The notes under the pieces were generated by a model that saw only the letters and a program-made list of their open reading frames with translations, was not told where the DNA came from and ran no database searches. Of a stretch of DNA of 64,000 bases, positions 39,275 to 53,764 are shown one piece after another (the first letter of the stretch is position 1; every line of letters starts with the position of its first letter). The stretch lies in NCBI GenBank assembly GCA_963693365.1, contig CAVNZM010000004.1, positions 9,390,468 to 9,454,467 on the forward strand, given 5' to 3'. A program made the translations under genes and the position numbers. The stretch comes from Amoebidium appalachense. Taxonomy: Eukaryota > Protista > Ichthyosporea.

Positions 39275-40944
39275 TTAGACACTAGTTTGGCTACTCTGAC
39301 TACTCTGAGATCCTGATTGGCTGCCTGCAGACTTGCGGCCACGATTACTTTGCTTTCGATCGTGCCATTGCAGCTGCGTCTCTCCAGCAGGTGGCAACGC
39401 CAGGCCCAGCACAGCAGATGCACGAGAAGGGGGTGGGAACTGCCCACCAGCCGAGGGCTGGCCCACATGGCCCAAGTAAGGATGGGGACCGTGCTGCGGC
39501 AGTAGCCCAGGCATGGGGAAGGCAGGGCCGGGCTGAGGCGGCATGATGCCCCACGGTGGGGGCCAGCCATGTGGGTGGTGCGGGCCTGGATGGGGTGCAG
39601 GGGGCATGTGCGGCACATGGCCCTGCTGCATGTCAAGCGCGGGTGCTGGTGGCATGGCATCCTGATTGGCTGCAACCCAACGTGGGCAGCTCTTGGCCCG
39701 ATTGGAGCCGGGGCAGCCCTTGCCCTGGCGGCCACACGTCTTGCAGGTCTTGGGGGCTCTCTGGGGTGGCTGCATAGGAGGGGGCACCGGCAAATCCATC
39801 TGCAGGGGCCCCTCAGGGCCAATGTTGCGATGCTTTTTGCCCACTAGCATGGGCAAGGGCCGCTCACGCTGCGCCCCGGCATCGACACCGTCTGGAACAG
39901 GGAGGGGTGGCAAGGGGGCAGGCCGTATGGTTGCTGGCACAGCGTCTGCCCTCTCCTCGCGCATACGCTTGCGGTGATCTGCCAGGCCCTCGTGTGTGGA
40001 GCGCTGTGCATGTGCCGTCTGCCAGGTCTTCCACTTGTCGAAATGCTTCTTGATGTAGGCCGCATCCTTCATGTAGATTCCCCCAGCCACAGAGGCAGCC
40101 TTGTTGAAGTCTTGGGCCAAAGCCTCGAACAGCTGGCCGTTGGGCTTTGCATGTGTCTTGTAGGTGCCCAGGAGCAGCGTGCTGAATAGCTTGCGCTCCT
40201 GAGGGGTAAGCACCGGAAGGAAGGGGATGGCCACATGTTGCTTCTGCGCCAGGAACTTGTAGTCGCCCCTCAGTGCAGGGTCCGGCTGTGGTGCACCACG
40301 CGCCACCTGGTTGCCCCCCCCCATGGCAGCACCGTCACCCTCCTCGACCTCACAGTCCTCTGGCCCGCCCATCACGCCATTGGCTGCAGGCTCGATGTTA
40401 TCAGACGGAGGTGGGGGTGCGGGCACCGCAACTGGCTCCTGCGCCGGGGCATTGGCCACACAGGAGAGCGGGGCAAAGTTGAAGTACTCCTCCGGTAGCT
40501 TGTAGCAGCCTACGGGTACCCACTGGGGGTCGAGGTGATGGCCGTACAGCATCAGCGCCAGTGCCTCCATGTCGTCAACAATCCAGGGGCTGTAGTGGGG
40601 GGGCCCCGATGCCTGGCCCAGGCGGTTGCGGTAGTGTGCACGCAGGTTGTGGCGGTGGCGCCTATTGGACATGGTGGCGTCCAGCAGGCGCAGCGACATG
40701 CGTGTGGCCCCAAAGTGGGTGGCCAGGGGGTTGTGCACTGCCCCCTCCACCTCGTTGGTGCCCCGGATGCAGCGGTAGCGCATGAGCCCATCTGCGTCGG
40801 CAGTGGTCTCGTAGTAGAGGGGCAGGCCGGGGGGGGTCCGACAGACAGCCATTTTGGGCGTGTTCGAGCAGCGACTGTGGGGGCACAAGCAAACATCAGA
40901 GAGATGGGTGGGTGGTGGTGGTGGTAGTGTGTGTGTATGTGTGT

Positions 40945-40993
<49 letters not shown>

Positions 40994-41065
40994 TGGGGTT
41001 GCTAAGGAAAAAAACGAGCAGGGAAAGGCAAAAAACAACTGGCTAGGCAGCAAGGGCCGTGCGGG

Positions 41066-41135
<70 letters not shown>

Positions 41136-42554
41136 ATGTTTGGGGGGGGGGGAGGGGGGGGGGGGGGGGGAGGCTAGGGTGTGCGTGTGTGTGCAGATGA
41201 ACCAAGGATGACAAATAAGCGAAGAATCTTTTCTGTGGTGGTGGAGTTGTTGGGCGCCTGCAGGGGGAGGGGGGGGGGGGGGGGGGGATGTTGCCTCGAG
41301 TCTTTCAAAGCCATCCTTCTTGAACAGAGGCTTGCCATCCGGTCCGGGCGGCACATCCTTGTAGGTGTTTTTGAACTCCACCAGCCGCGAGACCAGCGTG
41401 TATGGGTCGGGAATAACCCGCCGGATGCGCTCCATGAAGTAGCTCAGGTCGCCGCCCTTGAGCTCGGTTTCAATGTCGATGCCCTTCTGCTCCAGCACCC
41501 CCTGTGAGGCAGGATGCCAATATTAATTTACTACGCACACTGCAATTTGGGTTTGGTAGACTTTGATACCTGCCGTTATTGTAGGACCCCTCCCCTCCAC
41601 CCCCCCCATCTTCTCCCCCAACACAAGTAAAAAATGCATGTGGCTATTTCCCCCCACAACCCTACATTATTTCTCTCTAGGCATATGAATAACCCCCACT
41701 CTCCCCCCCCCCTCCCCCCCCCCCCCCCCCCCCTTGCCCCCCCTCTCTCTGAGGCTCAGGCTCTCTCTCTCTTCCCTCAGAAGTTTTGTCGAAGGTGTGC
41801 ATGGTTGTGGGTGGAATGGTGAGTGTGTGCTAACGAGTGTATGTGTGTGTGCGCGTCAGTCACGCATGTTGTTGTTGCCGTTTTTTTTATTTTTATTTTT
41901 TATTTTTTATTTTGGGGGGGGGGGGGAGGGGGGGGGGGCACCTTCACATGTCCGTAATCCTCTTCATTCCACACAAATATTGCCTCGCTGAGTGCGCGTG
42001 CGTACTCAGCCCTGCGGGGGTGTGACTTGTACGTGCCGTCCGCCGTGTTTGCAATGGAGTGGAAGGCGTCATTCAGCACAGTCTGCCACACCACCTCCCC
42101 AGGCGGTGCCTGGCCCAACATGCCCTCTCTGGGAGCTGCCTCGGGTCCCCCTGGGGCTGCCTCAAGGCCCCCCGGGGCTGCCTGGGGGTCCTGGGGGGGT
42201 GCCTGTGGGCCGGCAAGGGGTTGCTGCTGCTCGGCAGGGGGAGGACTGGCAGGGGGAGGGGCTGGGTCAGGGACCACCGGCACCTCGGCACCTGGGTCCG
42301 GTGGGGGCTGAATGGGCCGTAGCCACTGCCCCTTCACCGAGTGCCTTTGCATGAAGCCGCGCTGCATGTCATAGAGGGAAGCAAAAAACTCAGCCAAAAA
42401 GCCACAGCACCAACGTTTTTCTCTTCGCTCCACAAAAATCAAATGCATATTCCTTAGCAACCCCCTTCCCCCCCCCCCCCCCCCCTTCTCCCTCCCCCCC
42501 CCCTCTCCCAGTGCCCAGCTTGTGTGGCACTTGCACGTGTTAACAGTGCTATAG

Positions 42555-42585
<31 letters not shown>

Positions 42586-44195
42586 ACCACCACCACCACC
42601 ACCAATCACCCCCTCCTTTGATAGCCACCCGACACCCAGCATAACACAACTGGAACACTGGCCCATGTGGTCAGCCACCCCCCCCCCCCCCCCCCCCCCC
42701 CCCCTCCTCCCCCTCCCCTCTCCTCTGGGGGGCCCACAATCTTTCTATATCTGGCATAAGCACATAAGCACTGGGGCAAAAAGCAGGTGGGATACACACC
42801 TGACAGGTTTGGCCTATCGACCACGGCCGAGTAGACCTGCAGGGACGCATATGCATCAAGGGCAGCGTAGGTGGCCTGCACCTCTGATAGCGGCTCGTGC
42901 CAGTTGGAGCATCGAACAAGTGCCGGCTTGGGCAGCTTCTTGCCTATGACCTGGGCAGTGATGTCGGCCAAGCCCCGGGCCGCAGAGGTGATAGCTGCAC
43001 GGGCATAGCAGAACCGGCCCAGCTCCAGATAGCTGGCCACAGGGGTGCCGTAGTCCTTGTTGAGGTGGGCCGAGTCCGTGCCGATCTGCTTGCCCACCTT
43101 GATGATGCTGGGGTCCCTAAGCAGCGCAATCAGCTCGTCCACCAGCCGCGCGGGCGGGCTGTGGTTGGGGCCCATGCGTGCCAAGTGGAAGATGTACACG
43201 GCCCGTGCGGTGGCAATCTGCAGCGTGCAAACCTTGGACCGCGCCTGGCCCACCCGATAGACCCACTCGCAGTCCAGCCCCACCACGCGGTGCTGCTGCC
43301 CCTCCAGGTCGGCACGAATGGCCGCTGTAGCCACCACCGCCCCCTGGCAGTCGGTGTACACCGGCTTAGGGTAGTTGGCCGGCAGCTCCAGCCCAGGCAG
43401 ACCGTCCGTCACGCTTACCAGCGCAGCCTCGTTCAGACGGACGGGGCATTTTGGCCGGGCTAGGGTTGGAAACATGCGCTCAACAAACGCCCGGTCTTGG
43501 CAGCACCGATCTGTGTAGAAGAAGGCCGGGCCCTTGCTGTTGAGCGCCGCCGTGGTGGCAGAGATGCGCTGGATCACGGGCTCAATCTCCTGGTGGCTGC
43601 AGTCCCGTGTAAATACCTGCGCCCGGATCTCTGGGGTGCCGCACTGTGTGAGAGGGCATCTCCGAGCAGCCATGCATGTTCTAGCTTCCCTTACCACATG
43701 GCCCTTCACGAGACTTCAGTGCCAACACAATCCTTTCCCCCTCCCTCCCCCCAAACCCATGTGCCCACATACTTTCCCCTCCCTCTCCCCCAAAACCCTT
43801 CCCCCTCCTTCCCCCCAAACCCATGTGCCCACATACTTTCCCCAGGCCTCCCTTTCCCCCAAAATCTTCCCCCCCCCCCCTCCCCCCTAAACCCATGTAC
43901 CTACAATCCTTCCCCCTTCCTCCCCCTAAACCCTTGTGATCACAATCCTTTCCCCCTCTCTGCCTTCCCCCCAAACCCATGTGCCCACGATCCTTCCCCA
44001 CTCCCCCTCCCCCCAAACCATGGGACAGCCCTCCATATGGCACCTACTGTCCCCCCCCCCCCCCCCCCCCACCCCACCCCGGGCCTCTTGCCCTCTCTAC
44101 CTTCAACCCCGACGGTGGTGTCTCTCCCCCCCCCCCCCCCCCCCTCCATCCCTTGCAATCACTGGCCCCTACTCCCATTCTGCTTGGCAGAAGCT

Positions 44196-44240
<45 letters not shown>

Positions 44241-44926
44241 ATTCCCCCGCCAAAAGAAAGCTCCACCCCAGCCCACCCCAATCTCTACCCAGCAAAAACA
44301 CATACACACATATCTGGAGCTTCCTAGTTTTTGCTCGACAGGGCAAGAATTGTCCCCAAAACCCACATACTACAAACCTCTACTCACAGTGTGCCACCTC
44401 ATTAAATGTGGAGCCTAAGAGATTTAAAGGCCCTAGAGGGGGAGGGGGGGGGGGGGGGGGGTGTGTGTGTGTGTGTGTGTGTGGGGGGGGGGGGGGGTGG
44501 GCGTGTGTGGGGGGGGGGGGAGGGGGAAGGGGGCCTGGGGGAGAGTGGGGGGAGGGGGGAGAAGAGGAGGGACCACACACCGCCAAGCTCGTTTACACAA
44601 GTCCATAGGCCTCGGTACAGAGGCTCCCCATTGATGCCGGTGAGCTTCCCAATTTGGAAGGTGTGGTCGGCCTTGAGCACGTTGTTTACGGGCTTGAGCT
44701 GCGTGTCCAGGCTCTGGTACTTTGCCGTGCGGTCGCTGAACTCAGTATACACGGCACTCAGGTATTTGCCTGAACCCCAAGTACTGTTAGAACTCCACCA
44801 CCCTCCCATCAGGACCATCCCCCCCATTCCCTCTAGTCCCTCGTGTTCATCTCACCTCTCTGTATTTTCGTAAGTCTGTATGGCTTTTCCCATCTCAAAA
44901 ACGCTACACACCCATCTCCGGCCGTT

Positions 44927-44967
<41 letters not shown>

Positions 44968-45484
44968 CCCCCCCCCCCTCCCCCCGCCTCCCGGCGCGCG
45001 CAAACCCTCCAAGTCATTGCACCAACTTTCACCTTCTTTCCCCTTTGTGCCCCATCTGCAGTTTGTCCCCTGCACGTCCGTTTGCCCTTCCCCCCACACC
45101 CTCCTGCCACTACTATAATAACCATTAAGTACCGCCACCAAGATCCAGTCTACCACCATGTTGCCCCCCCCCCCCCCCCCCCTCCCCCCCCCCCCCCCCC
45201 CCCCCCCCCCGCTCTCCACCTCCTTTCCCCCAACACACACAGACACACATGCGCACACCCACCATCTAATTTCAGGCATAACAGTTCTCCACGATTTCCC
45301 AAGCACACTCACTGGTACATGGACCGTTATGCTTTCACCCCTCTGATGATCCCTCTGCCCTCCCCCCCCCCCCCCCCCCCCCCCACCACCACCACCACCA
45401 CCACCACCACCACCACCATGACTGATTGCCACCACCACCACCTAATCCATCACCATGTCCCCCCCCCTCCCCCCCCCCCTCCCC

Positions 45485-45515
<31 letters not shown>

Positions 45516-46901
45516 GGACCCACAAGTACACGCACACTCACAGGCGCACATCCACCACCACACATCCACCACCACCATAATAGAAACTTATTGACCACAC
45601 TTCCAAAACCCATTTCCAAGTCCCCCCCCCCCCCCTAAAAAAAAAATAAAAAATAATAAAACAAAACCCTACCAAGCCAACCCAAAAAATGCCCAAGCAC
45701 GTGCATACAAAACAATGGGGACCATTTACACACCCAAAATGCAGTGCACACTTGCCTGAAGGCACATGTCCAGCGTAACCATTTTTGTCACCAAACGCCG
45801 AGAACTTAGCCGCCTGCTCCTCTGGGGGAAGTTCTGTCAGGCGCTGGTCGTGGGGGCGGAAATCGTTACGCTTTTTGAGTTCATACTTGGTCCAATGCAG
45901 CGCCCTCGAGTAATACAGGAGCCGCTGCTCGTCGTATCGCTGCTTGTGGAGCTCCGAGAGGAGGGTGGCAAAGGCGTTTGGGCCCACACCTTTGTCTGCC
46001 AGTGCACGCAACAATGTTACCACCTTTAGGTCGAGCCCACTGCGGTGGCTAAGGTAGGCCGGAAACTGATCACGCATGAAGAGTGGAAGGCGTTTAATTG
46101 TCTGGGGGTTTGTGCCGGCAAAGTTTTTTTTGCATGTGTCACAAAAGTACCGGGCCGTGATAATGTAGTAGCAGCTGTCAAAGTCGATAACACGCCGTCC
46201 TACGGGGTTGCTCATGAACCCATTGCGAGAAGTACGGTGTGGGTTGGGGTGGTTGTGGGGGTCCACGTAGTGATCATCGAAGGGGCACGGCACCATGAAA
46301 CCGGGAGACAACCTTTCCGGAAGCCAGGCAAAACATCTGGGTTTGTAGAAAGGCGCTGGATCGCCCCCAAATTTAAAGCCTATAATGGGAGGTGGAAGAT
46401 GCCACCCCACAGGCGTCTTCTCATCTTTGAGACTCTCTTTCACTGTGTGCAGGTGCGACTTGATTGTTTCGCCCGCCGCGTCAGAAAACTCCTCTCCACC
46501 GTCATCCCCGTCCGTATTATCTTCTCCCTCTTCCTCCCCTTCATCCTCGTCTACCCGGTACGCATCTGCTGCTGCATTTAGCAAAGGTTCCTCGTCGGGT
46601 TGCACCTGTATGTCTGGTGGGTGTGGAGCAGGGGCCCGATCCATTTCTCTTGGTAACGAATGGACGCTACCTGCCTCAACTACACGGGCCCTTATGTCGG
46701 CGGCCTTAGATAGAGGGGGCTGTTCGGGTTGTACGTTTACGTTTAGTTCCTGCAAAACAGCTTTGTTTGCCGTCCCAAAACCTGCAAAGTTCGCTAAAGG
46801 CTGAACAAATGCAGCATCTTTTTGCGCCCAGCTCCCTCCCTAGCTCCGCCTGTTTTATGCCCAGGGCGCTGTGTTGTGCCCTTAGGGCAGCCTGGCTTCA
46901 T
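39275..46901 (-). CDS. Dada-like DDE transposase (DUF6729-like N-terminus) with inserted DEDDy 3'-5' exonuclease; spliced, with apparent frameshifts
   Basis: Exons 46901-45756, 44769-44581, 43630-42800, ~42360-41942, 41501-41295 and 40874-39275. Motifs: FPAYLSHRSGLD; LKADHTF (D1); FYTDRCCQD (D2); exonuclease VGLDCEW / GKQIGTD / YAALDAY; VLNDAFH (DxxH); RGTNEVEG (E); C-terminal CKTCG...CPG.....C. 1-nt shifts in an A5 run (~46820) and a C8 run (~40830); exon 3/4 junction unresolved. Confidence 0.85.
43745..44030. repeat. Degenerate ~45-60-bp minisatellite (CCCCAAACCCATGTGCCCAC...) within a transposase intron
   Basis: Variants of cccc(a/t)aa(a)ccc(a/t)tgtg recur about five to six times between 43745 and 44030. 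Confidence 0.8.
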
Positions 46902-48150
46902 TTTAAACACTTGGGGCCTGGCCCCCTGCCCCCCTAGTGCGACTACGTTACCGCAAACATTCCCGTATTCCAGTGTGCTCGGCAATGCTGCTCATGGCCT
47001 TCCCGGACTGGTTGTGACCAGTAAAGAGCGCGCCAATTCCTGACCGCCGCCTACAGCAGTGTATGATCTGTTATCCATATTCGGCAAAAGGGGTCTTGCC
47101 CAACCAATGGCTTGAATCCTTGTAACTTTGCTTTATCCATATAAGGTTAGCTGAACACCCCCCCTCCAATCATACCCCCCCTTCTCTCTAGTAGTAGCTC
47201 CTGGCATGCCGCACCCCCCCCTTTTCCTCAGGAAAAGGGATAGGAGAGCAACTCACTGGGATGCTCATTCGTGATTGGCTGCGGATCCGCGTTTTGATGG
47301 GTCGCCCGGGGATTCCAGGGTCGGTTGCCCGTTTTTCATTCGCTGTCGCCGATCTCATCGTCATCCCATGAGCTACCAAGTTTTTTAAATGTATTTCTTG
47401 CTTTTCTTTACCTATTCGAACTATTTACCAACAAATATCGATCATTTTTTTTTGCCCTCTACTGTAAAAATATATGGTCATTATAAGCAAACCTAAAGCA
47501 TTCTGCTAGAGTCTGTAGACCTTTCTCGAAGTTACGAAGGAGTCATATTGTTGACACGTTTTAATGCTGAGGAATGTTGTGGCCGGACCCCCCTCATCAG
47601 TGATGCGATTGCTAAATTTCGTTGCAAAGAACTCTACATGAGTATATCTTCATTTTAGGGGGAATACACTTGGGACCTACTGAATCAGTTATAATATACC
47701 TACAGCTTGAAAACCTTGGATAATGTACAGTAGCTCAGAACACTTGATTTCACTTCACGTCTAGAGTTTTCTCCAGAAACTGTAGTGTACGCAAATTCAG
47801 GGTATCAAAAATATGACTTGCCATTGCAATGCTTTTTCAGATCAACTATAACTTAGTCTATAAGCTGAAACTAAACTAACACAACGATTTCAAATATTAG
47901 CGTGTGGTCTGGTGCAGGAAAAAAGATTAGGCCATTCACGTATGTACACGAGTGGCAGTGCTCTCAATACATGTAACCATTGCCTTAAGCCCTCGGGCAT
48001 GCGCATCGGCTGTGTTCCAGATGAACAGCCCCCCTCTCTTATCTCCCTAGGTCGCATCAACATTCTTTGCCATCTCCAACGCGGTTATAAAAACTCTTGC
48101 AAACATCACTCCAGAGAAACTCGAAAAACAACAATACGCCACCCAGCAAC

Positions 48151-48527
48151 ATGAAGCTCACCATCGATAGCGCCACCTCACCGCTCTCATCATCGCCGCC
48201 GCCAGCTTCCACGCGGCAGAGGCGGCATCCAGCTTCGTCAGCTGCTCTGACGTGATCGCCTGCAAATTGTACTGGCGCGACCCCAAGACCCATGGCGTGA
48301 TGCGCTGCAAGCCCCGTGATGGCTCCGCTGTGTCCTGTAACGAGAAGACGTGCTGTTTGCCAGCGCCAAAGCCAGAGCCTAGTTCCTTTGTGAGCTGTGC
48401 GGATGTGGTAACTTGCTCGGTTTACTGGGAGGATGCCAAAAACGGAGGCAAGCCGTGTCGCTGCAAGCCCCGTGATAACTCTACCCAGGCCTGCGGCGTG
48501 CAGTACATGCATGCTGCGCTTAGCTAA
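48151..48527 (+). pseudogene. Small secreted Cys-rich protein with two ~50-aa tandem domains; frameshifted
   Basis: TATAAAA at ~48086 and ATG at 48151. A 1-nt shift near 48177 joins MKLTIDSAT to a signal-like LTALIIAAASFHAAEA. Repeats SSFVSCSDVIACKLYW.D.K..G...CKPRD.S...C and SSFVSCADVVTCSVYW.D.K..G...CKPRD.S...C. Confidence 0.65.
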
Positions 48528-48911
48528 AGTTTGATCATGTGCCGCGGGACGGCCGTAGGCCATAGATAGTGCTGGTATTGTAGCTAATATTAGTTTTGTA
48601 GCCATGAACAAGTTGATAGAATATATTTTTGCTGTCTCATGAATACGGGTGGTCTACCATGTTTCGTCGAATATGCATACATATATCATCATACTGCCTC
48701 AGTACCGTGTACGTACTGCTTCTAGATCTGTAGCAGCGCCCCAACACAGGGTGTATATTCAGATCAATAAGTACTATCTAAATAAAAAGCATAGTTTGAA
48801 CGGTTGAATGATCCAAATCATGTCTATGCGCCACAGTGCCATGACGGCGTGAGTGTACAGTGCATGTGTGTACATGTGTGTGTGTGTGTGTGTGTGTCAC
48901 AGTGTGTGTAC

Positions 48912-49070
<159 letters not shown>

Positions 49071-49291
49071 ATAACAATCCTGTTTGTGGCGCACAGCAAG
49101 TTCTCTCAGCTGACATACCAGCCAAGTTCAAGTTGGGCCCCGAAATGGGTGTGCATATGTGTTGGTGTGCTTGCCATCGGCTACGGCGCTTGTGTCTGTG
49201 TGTGTGCGTGTGGTGTACACGCGGCGTGCGTACGTGTGTGTGTGTGTGCGTGTGCGTGTGTGTGCATGCGTGCGTGCATGGGTGTGTGTTT

Positions 49292-49376
<85 letters not shown>

Positions 49377-49543
49377 CGCGCACGCGCGCGCGCGTGCGCG
49401 CACGCATGAGCGCTCGTCATGATGTGTGCATGTGCATGCGTGCTTTACAGCAGATACTACTATCATACTGGGTCTAAAGTTATGCTTTTACATGTCAGAA
49501 AGAGAATTTTTTTTTTCTTTCTTTTTTTTTTTTTTTCTTTTTC

Positions 49544-49585
<42 letters not shown>

Positions 49586-50112
49586 GGGCGGGTAGAGGAA
49601 TGGGGTGGGGTGTTGGAAGGGAGGAAAGAGGTAAAAAGGAAGGGGGGGGGGGGGGGGGGGGGCAGGGAGGGGGGAGGGGAGGCAGGAAATAGTGAATCAG
49701 ATGTGTGGTGCAAAAACATGTAAATCTGATGCCCATGAACTGCCAAACTTGCCCCGTGCATGCAATAGAATAAATCCTTTTGACCTTCTCCCTCCCATCC
49801 CCCTTCCTCCTCCTTTTTAATAATCCACTGCCCTTCCCTCCCACTCCCCCTCCCCTCCCTCTTGGGGCCCTCGCCTGCTCTGTTCTTTGCCCGTGGTTCA
49901 GTTGTGCTTCAGTAGAAACGTAAGATATGTGCAGGCTGGTCCTATGCAGCCTCCCAAGCCTCATGAAGACCCGGGTTCAGAATAAACTCAACTCACACTC
50001 TTGTCTCGCAACCACATTCAGAGAGGCGTGTGCGCGCGCACACACACACACACACACACTCTCTCCCTCCCTCCCTCTCTCTCTCTCTCCCCCTCTCTTT
50101 CTCTCTCTCTCC

Positions 50113-50143
<31 letters not shown>

Positions 50144-50144
50144 C

Positions 50145-50191
<47 letters not shown>

Positions 50192-50281
50192 CCCCCCCCC
50201 CCCTCCCTCTCTCTCGCTCTCTCTCCCTCTCTTTCTCTCTCTCTTCCCTTCTCTCTATTGCTCTCTCTCTCAGGCTCAGCG

Positions 50282-50370
<89 letters not shown>

Positions 50371-50439
50371 CACACACACATACACACGCACACACGCACA
50401 CACACTCACACACTTACACACACCACGCACATACGCCCA

Positions 50440-50497
<58 letters not shown>

Positions 50498-50583
50498 GGC
50501 ATACACGTGCGGGTGCGCACATACACACACAGCGCCCGTGTGCACGCACACACACACACAGACAGAAGCACACACACACACGC

Positions 50584-50672
<89 letters not shown>

Positions 50673-51704
50673 AGACCGAGTCTCACGCACTCACTCACCC
50701 CCTCAGACTGGCGCCGGCATTCCGGAGGTTCAGAGTTGCAGACAGATACATTCACAGTCATGGCGTATTCAAGGTTTGTACAACCTGGGCCACTGTGACC
50801 CGAGTTCATACGAAATTCTGTCTTGCTAATCCTGAGCGTGGCCGAGACCACCGATCCATGTATTGATCTTTATCCAGTTTCCGTTGCCACTTTCACCGTG
50901 ATTCCTGCAATAAATCAAATCTGACTTGATCTCATGTTCCTTGGTTTGCGCACCGCGCTTGGGTAGGAAGAGGAAGGTTGGGGCCTAGGATGATACTGGC
51001 TGGGAGGCCGGAGGTCAGAGAGCTGGAGGGCTTTATTTATTTATTTATTGATTTGTTTGTTTGTTTTTTGGGGGGGCAGGGAGGGGGCAAGCGGATGGAG
51101 GGGAGGGGAGGAGGGAGGGAAGAAATGGCCTTCCGTGCACTCTGATAATACTGGCTGTGGTACGTTCGATGAATCGAGCAGGCCCATATAGGGTCGATAG
51201 GGGACTTCGAGGACATTATGCCTTGAATTGCGGGGCGATGAACTTGAAGTAGACACCTTTGTTATGGCACATTGAAGTGGCAACCACGTGCACACACCTG
51301 GATACTTGTACCTACCATATATAGCACCGTGCTTGTGTTTTGAAAATTTGCTCGCGTGTGTCCAAGAATCACTTTTTAAATTGTGGGGCACGTCATTGAA
51401 AAGTTATCAACACCAAAACCTACATTCCACCACTGTAGATGAACCAATGAGAGCCTGTTTGAAGTTTATTCGTAGGTTTTGAGTAGAGGGAAGCCTGGTG
51501 CTACCCACCGGCGAGGCTGGGGCGAAAACCCTGGGCTGAGTGTGCACGAATAGTTATGATTGGCAAAACGGTTGGCTTAGCTGATGGCCGCGTAGCACCC
51601 CAGCTAGAATATAGTGGGTGCTGGGTGGAAGACGGTAGCTCCTCTGGGGGGCCCTGAGGGCCCCTCTGGGAACAAAACTATACTGTCCGTACCCTGACAT
51701 ATTA

Positions 51705-52890
<1,186 letters not shown>

Positions 52891-53484
52891 CGCTCGTCAC
52901 TCTCTGTGCTCTCAGAGAGTATACGTAGCCCATCCCTTTCTCTTCCGAGTTTCCTTTAAAGACTTTCTTTCTCAATACATGTTACCCTCTCGGGCGCCTT
53001 CTTTTCTCTTTCAAGCTCTCTCTTAATGACACACACCACTCTCTCTCCCCGGTCTACATTTTTTCTCCTCTATATATTGTACGTAACCCTTTCGCTTTCG
53101 GGAACTTCAATGGAGAAGACTTCAATGGAGGATCATAATATACGTGTTTCCATGCGGTCGCTGTAGCCTCGAAGTAAACATGTGCGTCTTCGTGGAAGAT
53201 TGGAAAGTTCTGTTGCATTGCATCATCAGTGATTCGAACATTTGTCACTCGCTAATTTACCTATATGACGCAACATGGAGACCCACCGTGACACACTTTG
53301 TCCACTGACATGCGACGTGTTGCGCCATGGGTTGCGCACAGGGTGCGCCATGGGCGGATTTGGTTGGCTGGCTTCGGAATGCGCGCGAAATTTAGGCGGC
53401 ACAAAATTCTTATGAAGTCTGGTGACCAATGGGAAAGCCAGTTTTATTGTCACATCTGATTGGCTACCCGCACAGGATCTGTGG

Positions 53485-53492
53485 TATATAAA
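53485..53492 (+). promoter_or_regulatory. TATA box of the ferric reductase gene (followed by a probable 5'-UTR intron ~53581-53683)
   Basis: TATATAAA with ATTGG ~25 nt upstream; GTACGC donor and TTTTAG acceptor lie before the first in-frame ATG at 53765. Confidence 0.55.
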
Positions 53493-53764
53493 CCCCTTCA
53501 GTCGACAGTCAGTCCAGAACTGTACAGAAACCCGACTGAACAGCACCGTTACAGCAGGCTGCGGAACTTTTTAGTTCACGGTACGCCAAGTTAGAGCGCT
53601 TGATATTGTTTGCTAGATTTTTGCTTACCTGTATTTCTGAGCTCCAGTTTTATACACTGCCGATAAATACATATCTGTTTTAGAATTGCGTGCCTTTTGT
53701 GCCCAAGCTGCGTGCTCGAACACTTATTCGTGCCACAGGGCCTATTATTATCCCACCTACACTT

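Larger units (their letters stand above)
38889..47378 (-). mobile_element. Dada-like DNA transposon (no long TIRs), boundaries tentative
   Basis: Contains the transposase gene below; bracketed by direct repeat AGTTTTTT at 38881-38888 and 47379-47386 (or a 7-bp TSD with TGG...CCA termini). The repeat is low-complexity, so the ends are uncertain. Confidence 0.6.

Noticed and set aside
51604-51670. GGGGCCCTGAGGGCCCC hairpin with a CTAG as another Helitron end
   Set aside because: The CTAG is ~40 nt from the hairpin, much further than canonical, and there is no similarity to the 2.7-kb copies beyond GC content.
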